DNA of 36,690 nucleotides from assembly GCA_016868955.1 (NCBI GenBank), contig VGFF01000002.1:1-36690 (forward strand), written 5' to 3'. Below are positions 25,314 to 35,060 of the stretch, one piece after another. A program made the position numbers and the translations under genes. The DNA comes from Armatimonadota bacterium. Lineage in GTDB: Bacteria > Sysuimicrobiota > Sysuimicrobiia > Sysuimicrobiales > VGFF01. The notes beneath the pieces are model-generated. The model was given only the letters and a program-made list of their open reading frames with translations, searched no databases and was not told the origin of the DNA. Each line of letters opens with the position of its first letter. The first letter of the stretch is position 1.

Positions 25314-27103
25314 GTCGCACCTCGGCGGGACGGAGAGGCGTCGTTCCAGCGGCCCTGGCGCCGACTGAACAGCCACCATTCTACGACGAGCAGCACAACG
25401 ACGAGGAGCAAGACGGCATGTCCCATCTCACGCAGACCGATGCCGCGAGAGACGTCTTGCGGGATGGCGGCGGCTGTCGTCGCCAGCGGCAGCGCCGCCT
25501 CCCGCGCCGGCGGCTGCACCGCGAACAGCGCTACCCCCGCCGCGGTTTGCAAAGTATACATGCCGCCGCGATCCAGCGGCGGTGTCACGAAGAGCCTGTC
25601 GGTCGCCGCCAAACGAATCGTGCCGTCCGGCCCCGTCAGCGTCGCTTCCCGCTGCGCGCCGGCCGGCACGGCCAACGACGTACCCGCCTCGATCTGGCGC
25701 GTCTGTGGCCCGGCGAGCCACGTCATGGCGTTGGAGATCAGCAACGGAAACGCCGGCAAGAACGGCAGGTTCGTCTTAGTGACGTCGAATCCGAGTGCGA
25801 CGATGCGCCGCCCGCGGTCCTCGTGCGCCCAGGCGATCGGCAGTTGCGCCTCGAGCAACGCGTCCCCCGGCGGTGCCGGAAACGAGATCGTCTCGGCGAT
25901 CTCCAATCCGCCCAAGTCAACGAAGCGCAGGATCGGGTGCGTCTGCTTCCAGCGCAGGATCCGCGGCTGTCGCAGCTCCGGTCCGGTCGCGACGGGCGGA
26001 TTGTCGGGCAAAGAGCGCACGAGCAGATAGTTCCCGGGCGGCAGGCTCATCGCCGGCTGCGGACCGAGCACGACGACGTCGGCGCCGGCCCACGTCTGCG
26101 GCTCGACGCGCGGCGTTCGTCCGAACCGATAGCCGGGAATCGCGCGGATCGCCTGCTCGAGGAACGGATTCGGCCGGCCGACGAACAGCACGCCCGGCTG
26201 CCGCGCGCCCGTGCCCGCGGCCACGGCGCGCTGAAACGCGGGCAGATCGCCGGGCGCGTCAATCGAAGCCTCGACGGCGGCACCGCCGGGCAGATCGAAG
26301 CGGAGGCCGCGATCCTCGCCGGGCGCGAGCGACACCGGCACGTCGGCCGCCGTTTTGCCGTCGACCGCGACGCGCACGGTCACGCGCCGCGCCGATGCCG
26401 CCGCGTTCACCACGTGAACGACGGCGCGCTGCCGCCCCTCGGCCAGGGGCACGACGAACAAGCCGTACAACGCGACGTTCTGTCCGTTGCCGCGAAAGAC
26501 GTGCGCCGTCGCGCCGTCGATCGCTTGATCCGAGAAGACGTGCACGCGCAACGCGCGTCCGGGACGGGCCTGCGCCTTCGCGAGGCGCACGGCCGCATCA
26601 AGGTCGGCGGCGCCGTCGGACGCGCGCATCGCGCGCAGGATCTGCAGCGCTTGGTCCTTGCGCGGCGCCAACGCCGACAGGAGCCGCGGCTTCGGTCCCG
26701 CGCCGATCACCGCGATGTCCTGTCCGCGACCGACGCTCGCGGCGACCCTGACCGCCTCGGCGCGGGCCGCATCGAAACGACTCGGCGCCACGTCCGTCGC
26801 CTGCATCGACGCCGACAGATCGACGACGAGCAAGACGTCGTCGCCGCCGGGATTCGGAAACGGGATCTGCGGTCGCGCCAGCGCGAACGCGACCGCGGTC
26901 ATGACGAGGATCTGAACGAGAAGCAAGAGGTTGCGCTCCAACCGGCGCACCGGCGTTCGCACGAGATGATCGCGCAACGCCATCCGCCACAACACGAGGC
27001 TGGAAACGCGCGTCTCCGTCCGGCGCGATCGCAGCATGTACAGCAGGATCAGGACGGGAACGCCCAGCAGCCACAAGAGTCCGGACGGGTTGAGGAAGCT
27101 CAC
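25310..27103 (-). CDS. BatA-N/VWA domain membrane protein
   Basis: MSFLNP..L..L..VP.LILLY.L (BatA N-terminus), LARP, DLSASM..TD..PSRF, FSD, Ig-like region, PAFPLL.SN, C-terminal LLVVEW TM. Confidence 0.87.
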   Translation of the reverse strand: MSFLNPSGLLWLLGVPVLILLYMLRSRRTETRVSSLVLWRMALRDHLVRTPVRRLERNLLLLVQILVMTAVAFALARPQIPFPNPGGDDVLLVVDLSASMQATDVAPSRFDAARAEAVRVAASVGRGQDIAVIGAGPKPRLLSALAPRKDQALQILRAMRASDGAADLDAAVRLAKAQARPGRALRVHVFSDQAIDGATAHVFRGNGQNVALYGLFVVPLAEGRQRAVVHVVNAAASARRVTVRVAVDGKTAADVPVSLAPGEDRGLRFDLPGGAAVEASIDAPGDLPAFQRAVAAGTGARQPGVLFVGRPNPFLEQAIRAIPGYRFGRTPRVEPQTWAGADVVVLGPQPAMSLPPGNYLLVRSLPDNPPVATGPELRQPRILRWKQTHPILRFVDLGGLEIAETISFPAPPGDALLEAQLPIAWAHEDRGRRIVALGFDVTKTNLPFLPAFPLLISNAMTWLAGPQTRQIEAGTSLAVPAGAQREATLTGPDGTIRLAATDRLFVTPPLDRGGMYTLQTAAGVALFAVQPPAREAALPLATTAAAIPQDVSRGIGLREMGHAVLLLVVVLLVVEWWLFSRRQGRWNDASPSRRGAT

Positions 27104-27993
27104 TGCAGGATCCCGCTCCGCCGCATGTAGCGCAACACGAGGTCCTGCACCGGCAGCGAGGTCGTCGTTCGCAAGTACTCGACCTGATGCCGGAAGCAGA
27201 ACGTCTCGACGTCTGCGAAGAACCGATCGCGCGCGGCGTAGTAGGCTTCCAGCGCGGCGCCGTCGAGGCTGACCTCCAGCGGCTCGTTCGTTTCGGCGTC
27301 GAGGAGGCGAAGGTCTCCGGACAGATCCACTGGCTGGACCTCGTCGTCCGCGAGCACCTGGAGCAGGAACGTCTCGAACCGCTGATACCGCAGGATTTTG
27401 AGCGTGTTTTCGTAGCCGGCCGGATCGAAGAGGTCGGTGATCAGGACGGCGAGGCCGCGGCGTTTCGTTCGGAACACGTGGGGACGGATCGCCTCCGCCA
27501 GAGTCGTGAGGCCGTCGGCGCTCTGCTCCTCCAAGAAGGAGAACAACGCGCTCGCTTGGTGGCGGCCGCGGCGCGGAGCGAGCACCCGCACGCGATCGCC
27601 GTGCAGCGCGACGACGCCGACGCGATCGAGGTTGACGAGCGAGATGTAGCCGATCGCCGCCGCCAGCCGTTTGCCGTAGTCGAGCTTCGACGGCAGGCCA
27701 TAGCGCATCGACCCGCTGGCGTCGAGGAACAGGTGCACGTCGAGATCCTCTTCCTCACTGAACAGCTTCAAGAACAGTCGGTCCAGACGCAAGAAGATGT
27801 TCCAGTCGACGTAGCGGTAATCGTCGCCGAGCTGATACTGCCGGTGATCGGAGAACTCGACGCCGCGCCCATGCACGGCGCTGCGCCGCTCTCCTTCGAG
27901 CCCACCCCGCACCTTGCGGCGCGCGAGCATGCTCAACTGCTCGAGACTCGTGAGGAACTCGCTGTCGAGGAGCGGCGTGTGCTCAGAGTTCAT
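27100..27993 (-). CDS. DUF58 domain protein (MoxR-associated, VWA-like)
   Basis: G.RRS...G.GVEF.DHR.Y..GDD.R.VDWN...R, K.F.EEE, LDASGSM, DRVG, LITDL. Confidence 0.93.
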   Translation of the reverse strand: MNSEHTPLLDSEFLTSLEQLSMLARRKVRGGLEGERRSAVHGRGVEFSDHRQYQLGDDYRYVDWNIFLRLDRLFLKLFSEEEDLDVHLFLDASGSMRYGLPSKLDYGKRLAAAIGYISLVNLDRVGVVALHGDRVRVLAPRRGRHQASALFSFLEEQSADGLTTLAEAIRPHVFRTKRRGLAVLITDLFDPAGYENTLKILRYQRFETFLLQVLADDEVQPVDLSGDLRLLDAETNEPLEVSLDGAALEAYYAARDRFFADVETFCFRHQVEYLRTTTSLPVQDLVLRYMRRSGILQ

Positions 27994-27996
27994 ACG

Positions 27997-28983
27997 TTAC
28001 GACGGCTTCGGACCCAACTCCGCGACCTCGGCCACGACCGCCTTGAGGATGTCGTCGGGGTCGATGCCTTCCGCTTCTCCCTCGAAGCCGAGCAGGATAC
28101 GATGGTGCAGCGCCGGCAGGACCATCGCCCGAATGTCCTCGGCCGAGACGTTGGCGCGGCCTTCGGAAACCGCGCGCACCTTCGCGGCTAACAGGATCGC
28201 CTGCGCGCCGCGCGGGCTGGCTCCGTAGCGCACGTAGCGCTTAACCATCGACGTCGGCTGCGGGCTCTGCGGATGCGTGCCCTCGACGATGCGTGCGACG
28301 TACAGCCGCAGGTGCGCCGCCACGGCGACCTCGCGCGCCAGCGCCTGCATCGCCCGGACCGTATCGCCGTCGGCCACCATCTGCGCCTCCGGCAGCGCCG
28401 CGCCCGTCGTGCGATCGAGGATCTCGACGATCGCTTCGGCGTCGGGATAGCGCACGCGCAGCTTGAACAGGAATCGGTCAAGCTGCGCTTCCGGAAGCGG
28501 ATACGTACCTTCCATCTCGATCGGGTTCTGCGTCGCCAAAACGAAGAACGGCGCCTCGATCTGGTAATGCACTCCGGAGGCGGTGACCGAGCCCTCCTGC
28601 ATCGCTTCCAGCAGCGCCGATTGCGTCTTCGGCGTCGCGCGGTTGATCTCGTCGGCGAGCAGGATGTTCGAGAAAACCGGGCCGCGCTGGAACGCGAAGT
28701 GCCGATGGCCGTCTTCCGCCTGCATCAATACGCTCGTCCCGACGATGTCGGCCGGCATCAGGTCGGGGGTGAACTGGATGCGCGCGAACCGCAGATCGAG
28801 GGAACGCGCCAGGGTCTTGACGAGCAGCGTTTTGCCGATGCCGGGCGCGCCCTCGAGCAAGACGTGGCCGCCGCCGAAGACCGCGAGCAGGACCTGATCG
28901 GTGATGTCCTCGTAGCCGACGATCACCTTCTGGACCTCGTTGCGAATCTTCCGGTACGTCGTCCGAAAGCCGCCTACGTCCAT
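27997..28983 (-). CDS. moxR: MoxR-family AAA+ ATPase
   Basis: GHVLLEG.PG.GKT, RIQFTPDLMPADI.G, LLADEINRATPKTQSALLEAMQE, ATQNPIE.EGTYPLPEAQLDRF, GASPR. Confidence 0.96.
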   Translation of the reverse strand: MDVGGFRTTYRKIRNEVQKVIVGYEDITDQVLLAVFGGGHVLLEGAPGIGKTLLVKTLARSLDLRFARIQFTPDLMPADIVGTSVLMQAEDGHRHFAFQRGPVFSNILLADEINRATPKTQSALLEAMQEGSVTASGVHYQIEAPFFVLATQNPIEMEGTYPLPEAQLDRFLFKLRVRYPDAEAIVEILDRTTGAALPEAQMVADGDTVRAMQALAREVAVAAHLRLYVARIVEGTHPQSPQPTSMVKRYVRYGASPRGAQAILLAAKVRAVSEGRANVSAEDIRAMVLPALHHRILLGFEGEAEGIDPDDILKAVVAEVAELGPKPS

Positions 28984-29003
28984 CTCGTCGCCCCTTTTGT
29001 CGT

Positions 29004-30566
29004 CTACTTGCCGCTGAGCGACAAGAAGTAGTTGCGAACGATTTCGCGATACGACGCCGGCACGCGCTGCCGCTGCATCGACTCGTCGGCCTGGCGCACG
29101 ATCACGGGATCGATGGCGCGCACGGCGACGGTGACCTGCCCGGTCCGGCCGCGCAGCTGCATCTCCACGGGGACCACGGCTCCCTGCCCTTCCGTGCTCG
29201 AGATCTGCTGCCGCTTCCGCTGCCCGGCCAAGCGGCCGGTCGGCGCCCCCAGCTTGTCCTGAATCTGACCGTGACCAGGGAGTGAACCCTGCCCGGGACC
29301 GGGCGCGTTCGGCGTATCGTCCTGCGTCTGCTGCGCCTGCCCGCTGTCGCGCGGCGCTGACGAGACACCCGAGCGCGCCGAGGCCAACCCTGATCCGTGG
29401 TCCTCTTCCGTCGGCACCGGCTCTCCCGATGCGATGCGCCCCTGCGATTGATTGACCGCACCTTGCGCGCTGCTCAACCCCTGCTCGTCCTCGATCATCT
29501 GGCTGAGGATCGACAGGTCTTGGGACGCGCTGCCCAGCGCCTGCGAGGCACTTTTCTGGTCACCCTGCTGCAACTTTCGCCGTGCGTCCTGGACGCGGGA
29601 GCGCGCGTCGCCGGCGCCCCGCGTCGGCAAATTCGGTTCGATCTGCGACAAGACGCGCGCGATGCGCGAGATGTCGTCGGGCGTCGCGTTCTCCTGCGCG
29701 AGCTGGCGGCTGAGCTCCCGCATCTGTTGCGATTGCGCGTTGATCTCCGGCAGCTGCGCCTGCAGGTCGAGCGGCAACGGGTCGGAACCGCCGCCGCGCT
29801 GTCCCTCGCCGCGCGTCCGTGAACGGAACTCGTCGCGCAGGCCGCGCTGCGCGCGCTCGATCCGGTCGAAGATCTGCTGCAGTTCCGCCATCGCGCGGTC
29901 GCGGCCCGGCGTCCGCTGGGCCTGCAGTCCGCCGCCGACGCGCTTGAGATCCTCCGCGACCTCGGCCGTGCGTGGTAGACTGCGCGACGTCGCCTGGCGC
30001 GCGAGGCGCTCGGCGATGCTCTGCATCTGCCGCCCCTCGGCCTGCAACATCATCGCCGTCTGGCGCGCCGGCGTGTACGGCAGCGTCAACCCGGAGAACG
30101 CGAGCTCCCACAGCAACACGGCGGCGATCAGGAACAAGAGCTGGCGGGCGAAAAGCACGGGCCGCAGGCGAATCGCGGCGCGGACGTCGACGGCGCGCGC
30201 CGCCTGCAACGTGTCCTCGCGCAGATAGTCGCCAAGGCCGGTCGTGATCCGCCCGGCGGCGAGGTCGAGCGTCGTCGCCAGCCGGTCGCGCAGCCGGCAG
30301 CGCAAGTCGAGCTCGTGCGCCGCCACACGCTCGCTGGGGCGCAGCAACAGACAACCCGCCAGAACCACGACGACCCAAACTGCGAGCGCGGCGGCGACGA
30401 CGTAGATGAGCGGGACGGTGATCGGTACGATCAGCGTCGCCAGCTGCGCCGCGAATCCGACCGCGAGCAAGCCCGCGGCGACGAGGGCGGCGGTGTCCAA
30501 GCCCCGCTTCCAAGCGATTCGTCCCCGTGCGCCGCGCAACAGTCGCGCGATTTCCTTCGAGATCAC
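29004..30566 (-). CDS. Membrane-anchored coiled-coil protein of the MoxR operon
   Basis: GTG 30566 overlaps the upstream stop; three TMs around a L.DRL.T motif, a long Gln-rich coiled coil, a Gly/Ser/Gln low-complexity region and C-terminal VPASYREIVRNYF. Confidence 0.78.
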   Translation of the reverse strand: MISKEIARLLRGARGRIAWKRGLDTAALVAAGLLAVGFAAQLATLIVPITVPLIYVVAAALAVWVVVVLAGCLLLRPSERVAAHELDLRCRLRDRLATTLDLAAGRITTGLGDYLREDTLQAARAVDVRAAIRLRPVLFARQLLFLIAAVLLWELAFSGLTLPYTPARQTAMMLQAEGRQMQSIAERLARQATSRSLPRTAEVAEDLKRVGGGLQAQRTPGRDRAMAELQQIFDRIERAQRGLRDEFRSRTRGEGQRGGGSDPLPLDLQAQLPEINAQSQQMRELSRQLAQENATPDDISRIARVLSQIEPNLPTRGAGDARSRVQDARRKLQQGDQKSASQALGSASQDLSILSQMIEDEQGLSSAQGAVNQSQGRIASGEPVPTEEDHGSGLASARSGVSSAPRDSGQAQQTQDDTPNAPGPGQGSLPGHGQIQDKLGAPTGRLAGQRKRQQISSTEGQGAVVPVEMQLRGRTGQVTVAVRAIDPVIVRQADESMQRQRVPASYREIVRNYFLSLSGK

Positions 30567-31267
30567 GAGGCCCTCCGCAGGACGAGAATGTGCCGCGACG
30601 TCCACGTGAATCCGGCGACACCGAGCGCCAACCAGATTACGATGCAAACCCACCGTGCGAGCGCGTCGGCGCGCGGCGCGACCGCGAGCGCCGGCTGAAA
30701 CGCCGTCGCGCTGGCGAACGGCAACACGCCGAACGTGAGCCCCAACAACGCCCACAAGACGAGCGACCGTAAGAGATCGCCCTCGATTCGCGCGCCGAGA
30801 AACGTGGCGATGCCGGCGAATCCCCAGGCGACCGCGGCGATGACCGCTGATTGTGCGAGCGCCGACGACCAGCCGTCGCCGCGCAGCGCGTGCGCGAAGT
30901 GCAACGATGGCGCGGCGACGCCAACGAGCAGCAGCACGTACACGAGCGCCGAGGCGGCCTTGCCGAGACCAATGGCGCGCGGCGTGAACGCCGTCGTCGC
31001 CAGATCCGCGGGGGTCCTCTCGCCGGGGATCAAGATCTCGCCGCTGCTTACCGCGCTCGCCACGTAGGTGACGAACACGAGGATCGCGACCGAGATCCAC
31101 GTCAGGACTGCGCTGAACTGCGTGTTGGGAAGATCGGGAGCGATGCCGAGAAGAGTCGCGAGGCAAACGAGAGCCGTAAAGACGCTGATGACCCGAACGC
31201 CCTTCGAGGTCTCGATGCGGGCCCGAAAATCTCCGCGAACAATGGCGGCGACCAGCGGGAGGTTCAT
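30563..31267 (-). CDS. ABC-2-like multi-TM permease
   Basis: About six TMs; SSGE...GE.T..DL..T..T...I.LGK resembles the ABC-2 permease motif. Confidence 0.62.
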   Translation of the reverse strand: MNLPLVAAIVRGDFRARIETSKGVRVISVFTALVCLATLLGIAPDLPNTQFSAVLTWISVAILVFVTYVASAVSSGEILIPGERTPADLATTAFTPRAIGLGKAASALVYVLLLVGVAAPSLHFAHALRGDGWSSALAQSAVIAAVAWGFAGIATFLGARIEGDLLRSLVLWALLGLTFGVLPFASATAFQPALAVAPRADALARWVCIVIWLALGVAGFTWTSRHILVLRRAS

Positions 31268-31268
31268 T

Positions 31269-32978
31269 TCATTCCCCGTCCAGAAAGAGCAGCATCCAAC
31301 TTCGGCCTTGCCGTGCGGAGCGCTCGCCGATAAGCACGGGGCGATGCAAAATTATATCAGAGGCCCTTCCGCGCGCTTGCCGCAGCAGATCGAGGCCTTG
31401 ATGCGATCGATGCCCGGTTTCCCAGCGGTTGGGATCGAACGTCACGCGATCGCCGCGAATGCGGCCGACCGGGAGCGTGCGATCTCGGCGCACGAGCAGG
31501 GCATTGTCGAGCCGCGTCGCTTCCCCCTCCAGCCGCAACTCTCCTTTCGCCGCGTCGATGCGGCCGCGCGCTTCGATAGGCTCACGACCTTCCCACCGCA
31601 CGACCACGCGTTGACCGGGCCGGTGATCGGTGATCGCGAGAACGACGTTCGGCCCGTCGACGACTTGGGCGGTGCGGTATTCGCCCTCGATGGAAACGGC
31701 GGCGCGCGGCGGCAGCTGCTGCGCCGCGGGGCCGCCGTAGATCGACATGCCTTGCGCGCGTCCGACCGTCCACCCGTCGCGCTCGGCAACGACAACGACG
31801 GACTGGCGCTCCATCGTCGCCGCCCGTTGCTGCATCAGGCTCGACAGGCCGTGCACGCCGGCCGCCCCCACCGCGATGGCGAGGGGCAGCAACAGGACCC
31901 GGCCAGCCCCCGTGCGGGCCAGCCGCGCGGCCGAGGTCACGAGCGCCCAATAGATTGCGAGCCCGGCGGCGGCGAACCCGAACGGTGCGCGCCCTCCTTG
32001 GTCCGGCGCCTCCGGGAGGATCTCCAACGGCTCCGGGCGATCGAGGATCTCGCGCCACATCGGCGACTCGGCCACGACGTCTTGCGACTCAACCGCCCAC
32101 ATCCACACATGGCCGAAGCCGCGGGGCGCGGAAACGACGATTGGAACACCGTTGCGCTGCACGACCCGCGCCCCGGCACGCGGATGGATCTCCCAGAGAC
32201 GGGCCGCGCGCGAGATGCCGGGCAAGCCGCCGGGCGGCATGTCCCGGCGCGGACCGGCGGTGCCCGGCAACAACCATTGCGCCAAGGCACCGTCGGGCGC
32301 GACCGGCGCGGTGACCAAAACGCGGCCGCCGTGAACGATCCAAGATTGGATGGCTTCGCGCTGCTCGCGGGAGAGGCGGCGCTCGTCGAGGCTCTCCACC
32401 ACGAGGGCGTGCAGCGAAGTGTACGCGGCGGCGTCCTCCGGCAGATCTTCCTCGGAGATCGCGGCGACGCCGCGTTGCCCCATCGGACGGGACAACCGCC
32501 CGAGCCCGCCGATCCCCTCCTTTAACACGCCGATGATCGAGAGGGTCGCGCGGCGGGGATCGATCGCCAGCTCCGCGGTCGCGACTGGTTTCCCCCGGAC
32601 CTGAAATGACAAGACCGGCGGCCGCCGAATGTCACGGATGATCGCGGACCACCGTACGGTCTGGGATCCGAAGGCGGCCAGGCGCAGCGGCTTTCGGATT
32701 CTGACCCCCGGCGCATCCATACCGCGCGGGACATCCAAGGCGAGGTCCCCGTCGAGCGGACGCGGCCCCGCGCGCACGGTGACGACGACAGGGTTCCACT
32801 CTCCCGGGCGGATCCAACCGTCCCAACCGACGGTGCCTTCGAGCGTCGCCGCCGGCGCGTCGGCCGCCGAGGCCGGGGACACGATCAGCGCGATGAAAGC
32901 GGTGGCCGCGATCCCCATCGCGGCCCACACACCGAGGCTGCGGGCGATCCATCGTCTCGCGACGCCGCCCGTTCCCAC
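31269..32978 (-). CDS. Exported/membrane protein with glutamine-amidotransferase-like domain
   Basis: Signal-like N-terminus, GWDG..RPG.W.PV.V, LPE....Y..L.ALVV......LS.EQ..AI..W...GG.VLV, GFG.V and two internal TMs. Confidence 0.7.
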   Translation of the reverse strand: MGTGGVARRWIARSLGVWAAMGIAATAFIALIVSPASAADAPAATLEGTVGWDGWIRPGEWNPVVVTVRAGPRPLDGDLALDVPRGMDAPGVRIRKPLRLAAFGSQTVRWSAIIRDIRRPPVLSFQVRGKPVATAELAIDPRRATLSIIGVLKEGIGGLGRLSRPMGQRGVAAISEEDLPEDAAAYTSLHALVVESLDERRLSREQREAIQSWIVHGGRVLVTAPVAPDGALAQWLLPGTAGPRRDMPPGGLPGISRAARLWEIHPRAGARVVQRNGVPIVVSAPRGFGHVWMWAVESQDVVAESPMWREILDRPEPLEILPEAPDQGGRAPFGFAAAGLAIYWALVTSAARLARTGAGRVLLLPLAIAVGAAGVHGLSSLMQQRAATMERQSVVVVAERDGWTVGRAQGMSIYGGPAAQQLPPRAAVSIEGEYRTAQVVDGPNVVLAITDHRPGQRVVVRWEGREPIEARGRIDAAKGELRLEGEATRLDNALLVRRDRTLPVGRIRGDRVTFDPNRWETGHRSHQGLDLLRQARGRASDIILHRPVLIGERSARQGRSWMLLFLDGE

Positions 32979-32981
32979 GGC

Positions 32982-33302
32982 CTAGTTCGAAGATCCGGAA
33001 GTTGACGCCGGTGCCGGGCTGGTGGGCGCCGCAGATGGCGCGGGCGTCGCGCCAGGGCCGTTCGTGGACGTGGCCGGCGACTTGCTGGACGACGTCGCCG
33101 CCGCGGGGGCGTCGCCCGTGGGAGCGGGTTTCCGGTAGTCGGTCACGTGAAAACCGGAACCCCGAAAAACGATTCCGGGCGGCGAGAACAGCCGTTTGAC
33201 CGCCGCCCCGCACTTTGGACACTCGGGCGCGGCGGCGCCGACGGATTGCTTACGCTCGAAACGGTGGCCGCAGGCGCGGCATTCGTATTCGTAAAGTGGC
33301 AC
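32982..33302 (-). CDS. FmdB-family zinc-ribbon protein with Pro/Ala/Ser/Thr tail
   Basis: MPLYEYECRACGHRFE...CPKCG...FRGSGFHVTDY; GTG start at 33302. Confidence 0.9.
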   Translation of the reverse strand: MPLYEYECRACGHRFERKQSVGAAAPECPKCGAAVKRLFSPPGIVFRGSGFHVTDYRKPAPTGDAPAAATSSSKSPATSTNGPGATPAPSAAPTSPAPASTSGSSN

Positions 33303-33355
33303 TACCATCACCTTCCAGGGTTTCGTCGATGCTTCCTGTATTTTTGTTGACGCGA

Positions 33356-34393
33356 TCAGCGCCGGTCAAATCTTGCCATCCAAACCGGGCCAGCCGAGCG
33401 CCCCGTGTTCGTGCCGAAAGCCAAGGCACGGCCGGTCGGACTCCACGCGACCTGGAGAGCCGGATGGTCGCCGAGCTCCGGCTGATACAAGGACACGCGT
33501 AGGCGGCTTCCGCCATCGGCATCGACGACCCAGATCGTGGCGCGTCCCTCCGCGTCACCGCCAAGCTCGGCGAAGGCCAGCTTGTCGCCCTGCGGGGCCC
33601 ATCCCATCGCGACGATGCGCCCGGCCGCGAGGGTACGCAATCTGCCGCCGCCAAGGCGCCCGACGACGAGCTGCGCCGCGTGCTCATCACCTTGGATCGA
33701 CGCGACCACTTGACCGGCGGGATCGACCGCCGACTGGGCGATCCGCGCCCCCGGAGCCGAATACGTCACGCGATCGGGACCCGCGAACCGGACGCGCGTC
33801 AGCGCCGTCGTCCGACCCGACGTATCTTCGACGCGAACGAACGCGAATAGACCCGTACGTTCCCACGTCAGGTCGGTCGCGGCAAAGCCCGGCTCAGTTT
33901 CGTACACAAGCCGCCGCAGGCCGCCGTCCGCGCTCACGACGTAGAGGCGCGTTCGCCCGTTTGTCTCGACGAGCGCCATACCGCGGTCGCCAACCGGCAG
34001 CCAGCGGAACTCTCTGGCGACACCGTCGAGCGGCACCTCTCGCGCGGCGCCGTCTCGCACGGAGACCATGGCCAGCGTTCCCGCGCGCACCACGCTGAGC
34101 GTTCGCCCGTCCGCCGACCAGCCCAGGTCCGTCGCGTTCGCCATCGCGGCGAGCTTGCGCTCCGGTTCCGCCTGCAAAGCGTCGATGAAGATGCCTTCGC
34201 CGGCGGCGTAGGCGATGCGGGTGCCGTCCGATGACCACGCGGCATTGGAGGTCGCCACGCGATCGGTCAGCCGCGCGACGCGTTCGATGCGCAGCGTGCG
34301 CACGGGCTCGGGCGTCATCACGCGCTGCACTTGGCAGCCGGCGAGGACGATCATCGTCGTCGCCAGCGCGAGCGGCCGCAGCCGCCGCGCCAT
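33356..34393 (-). CDS. TolB-like/PD40 beta-propeller lipoprotein
   Basis: Signal peptide with lipobox LAGC; repeats WSSDGTRIAY, WSADGRTL, WAPQGDKLAF, WSPTGRALAF. ATG 34393; the ORF track start is over-extended. Confidence 0.8.
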   Translation of the reverse strand: MARRLRPLALATTMIVLAGCQVQRVMTPEPVRTLRIERVARLTDRVATSNAAWSSDGTRIAYAAGEGIFIDALQAEPERKLAAMANATDLGWSADGRTLSVVRAGTLAMVSVRDGAAREVPLDGVAREFRWLPVGDRGMALVETNGRTRLYVVSADGGLRRLVYETEPGFAATDLTWERTGLFAFVRVEDTSGRTTALTRVRFAGPDRVTYSAPGARIAQSAVDPAGQVVASIQGDEHAAQLVVGRLGGGRLRTLAAGRIVAMGWAPQGDKLAFAELGGDAEGRATIWVVDADGGSRLRVSLYQPELGDHPALQVAWSPTGRALAFGTNTGRSAGPVWMARFDRR

Positions 34394-34403
34394 CACGGCA
34401 GCC

Positions 34404-35060
34404 TCAACGGTGCCTGAACCGAGCGAATGGGCGGACGAGCACCAAGCCGGCGACAAAGCCGCCGACGTGCGCCCAGAACGCGACGCCCCCCTCTTGTTGC
34501 ACGCCCAACGCCGATACGCCGAGGAACAACTGGAGGAGGAACCACAACACAAGGAACAAGATCGCAGGAACTTCGACGAAGCGGATGAACACCCAGATCG
34601 GCACGACCGCGAGCACGCGCGCGGCCGGATAGAGGACGAGGTACGCGCCGAGCACGCCGGCGATCGCGCCGCTGGCGCCGACCATCGGGACGCGCGACGC
34701 AGGATCGATGAGCACTTGGGCCGCGGTCGCCGAGATGCCGCACAGCAGATAGAAGGCCGCGAACGCCCCGTGTCCCATCGCGTCTTCCACATTGTTGCCG
34801 AAGATCCACAGGTACCACATGTTGCCGAGGAGGTGGCCCCAGCCGCCGTGCAAGAACATCGACGTGAGGACCGTGAGGTAGGCCGGGTCGGAACCGGTGA
34901 GCGCGGCCGGAACGGCGCCGAAGGTCATGTAGAACGCGCGCACGCTTCCCTCGGACGTCAACGAGTTCACGTAGAGAAACGCGGCCACCGAGATCGCGAT
35001 GAACGCGATTTTGACCCAGGGCGTCGTGCGCGAGGGGATGTCGTCGCGGATCGGGATCAA
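34404..35060 (-). CDS. Rhomboid-family intramembrane serine protease
   Basis: SMFLHGGWGHLLGNM, catalytic GASGAIAG, AHVGGF. Confidence 0.95.
   Translation of the reverse strand: MIPIRDDIPSRTTPWVKIAFIAISVAAFLYVNSLTSEGSVRAFYMTFGAVPAALTGSDPAYLTVLTSMFLHGGWGHLLGNMWYLWIFGNNVEDAMGHGAFAAFYLLCGISATAAQVLIDPASRVPMVGASGAIAGVLGAYLVLYPAARVLAVVPIWVFIRFVEVPAILFLVLWFLLQLFLGVSALGVQQEGGVAFWAHVGGFVAGLVLVRPFARFRHR

Noticed and set aside
21355-33345. Shared CAGGAA motif after AT-rich tracts at 21379-21384 and 33333-33338 as SigH-like promoters
   Set aside because: The -10 matches are poor (GTAA, GAAG), and the second would overlap the fmdB RBS; two 6-mers are not enough evidence.
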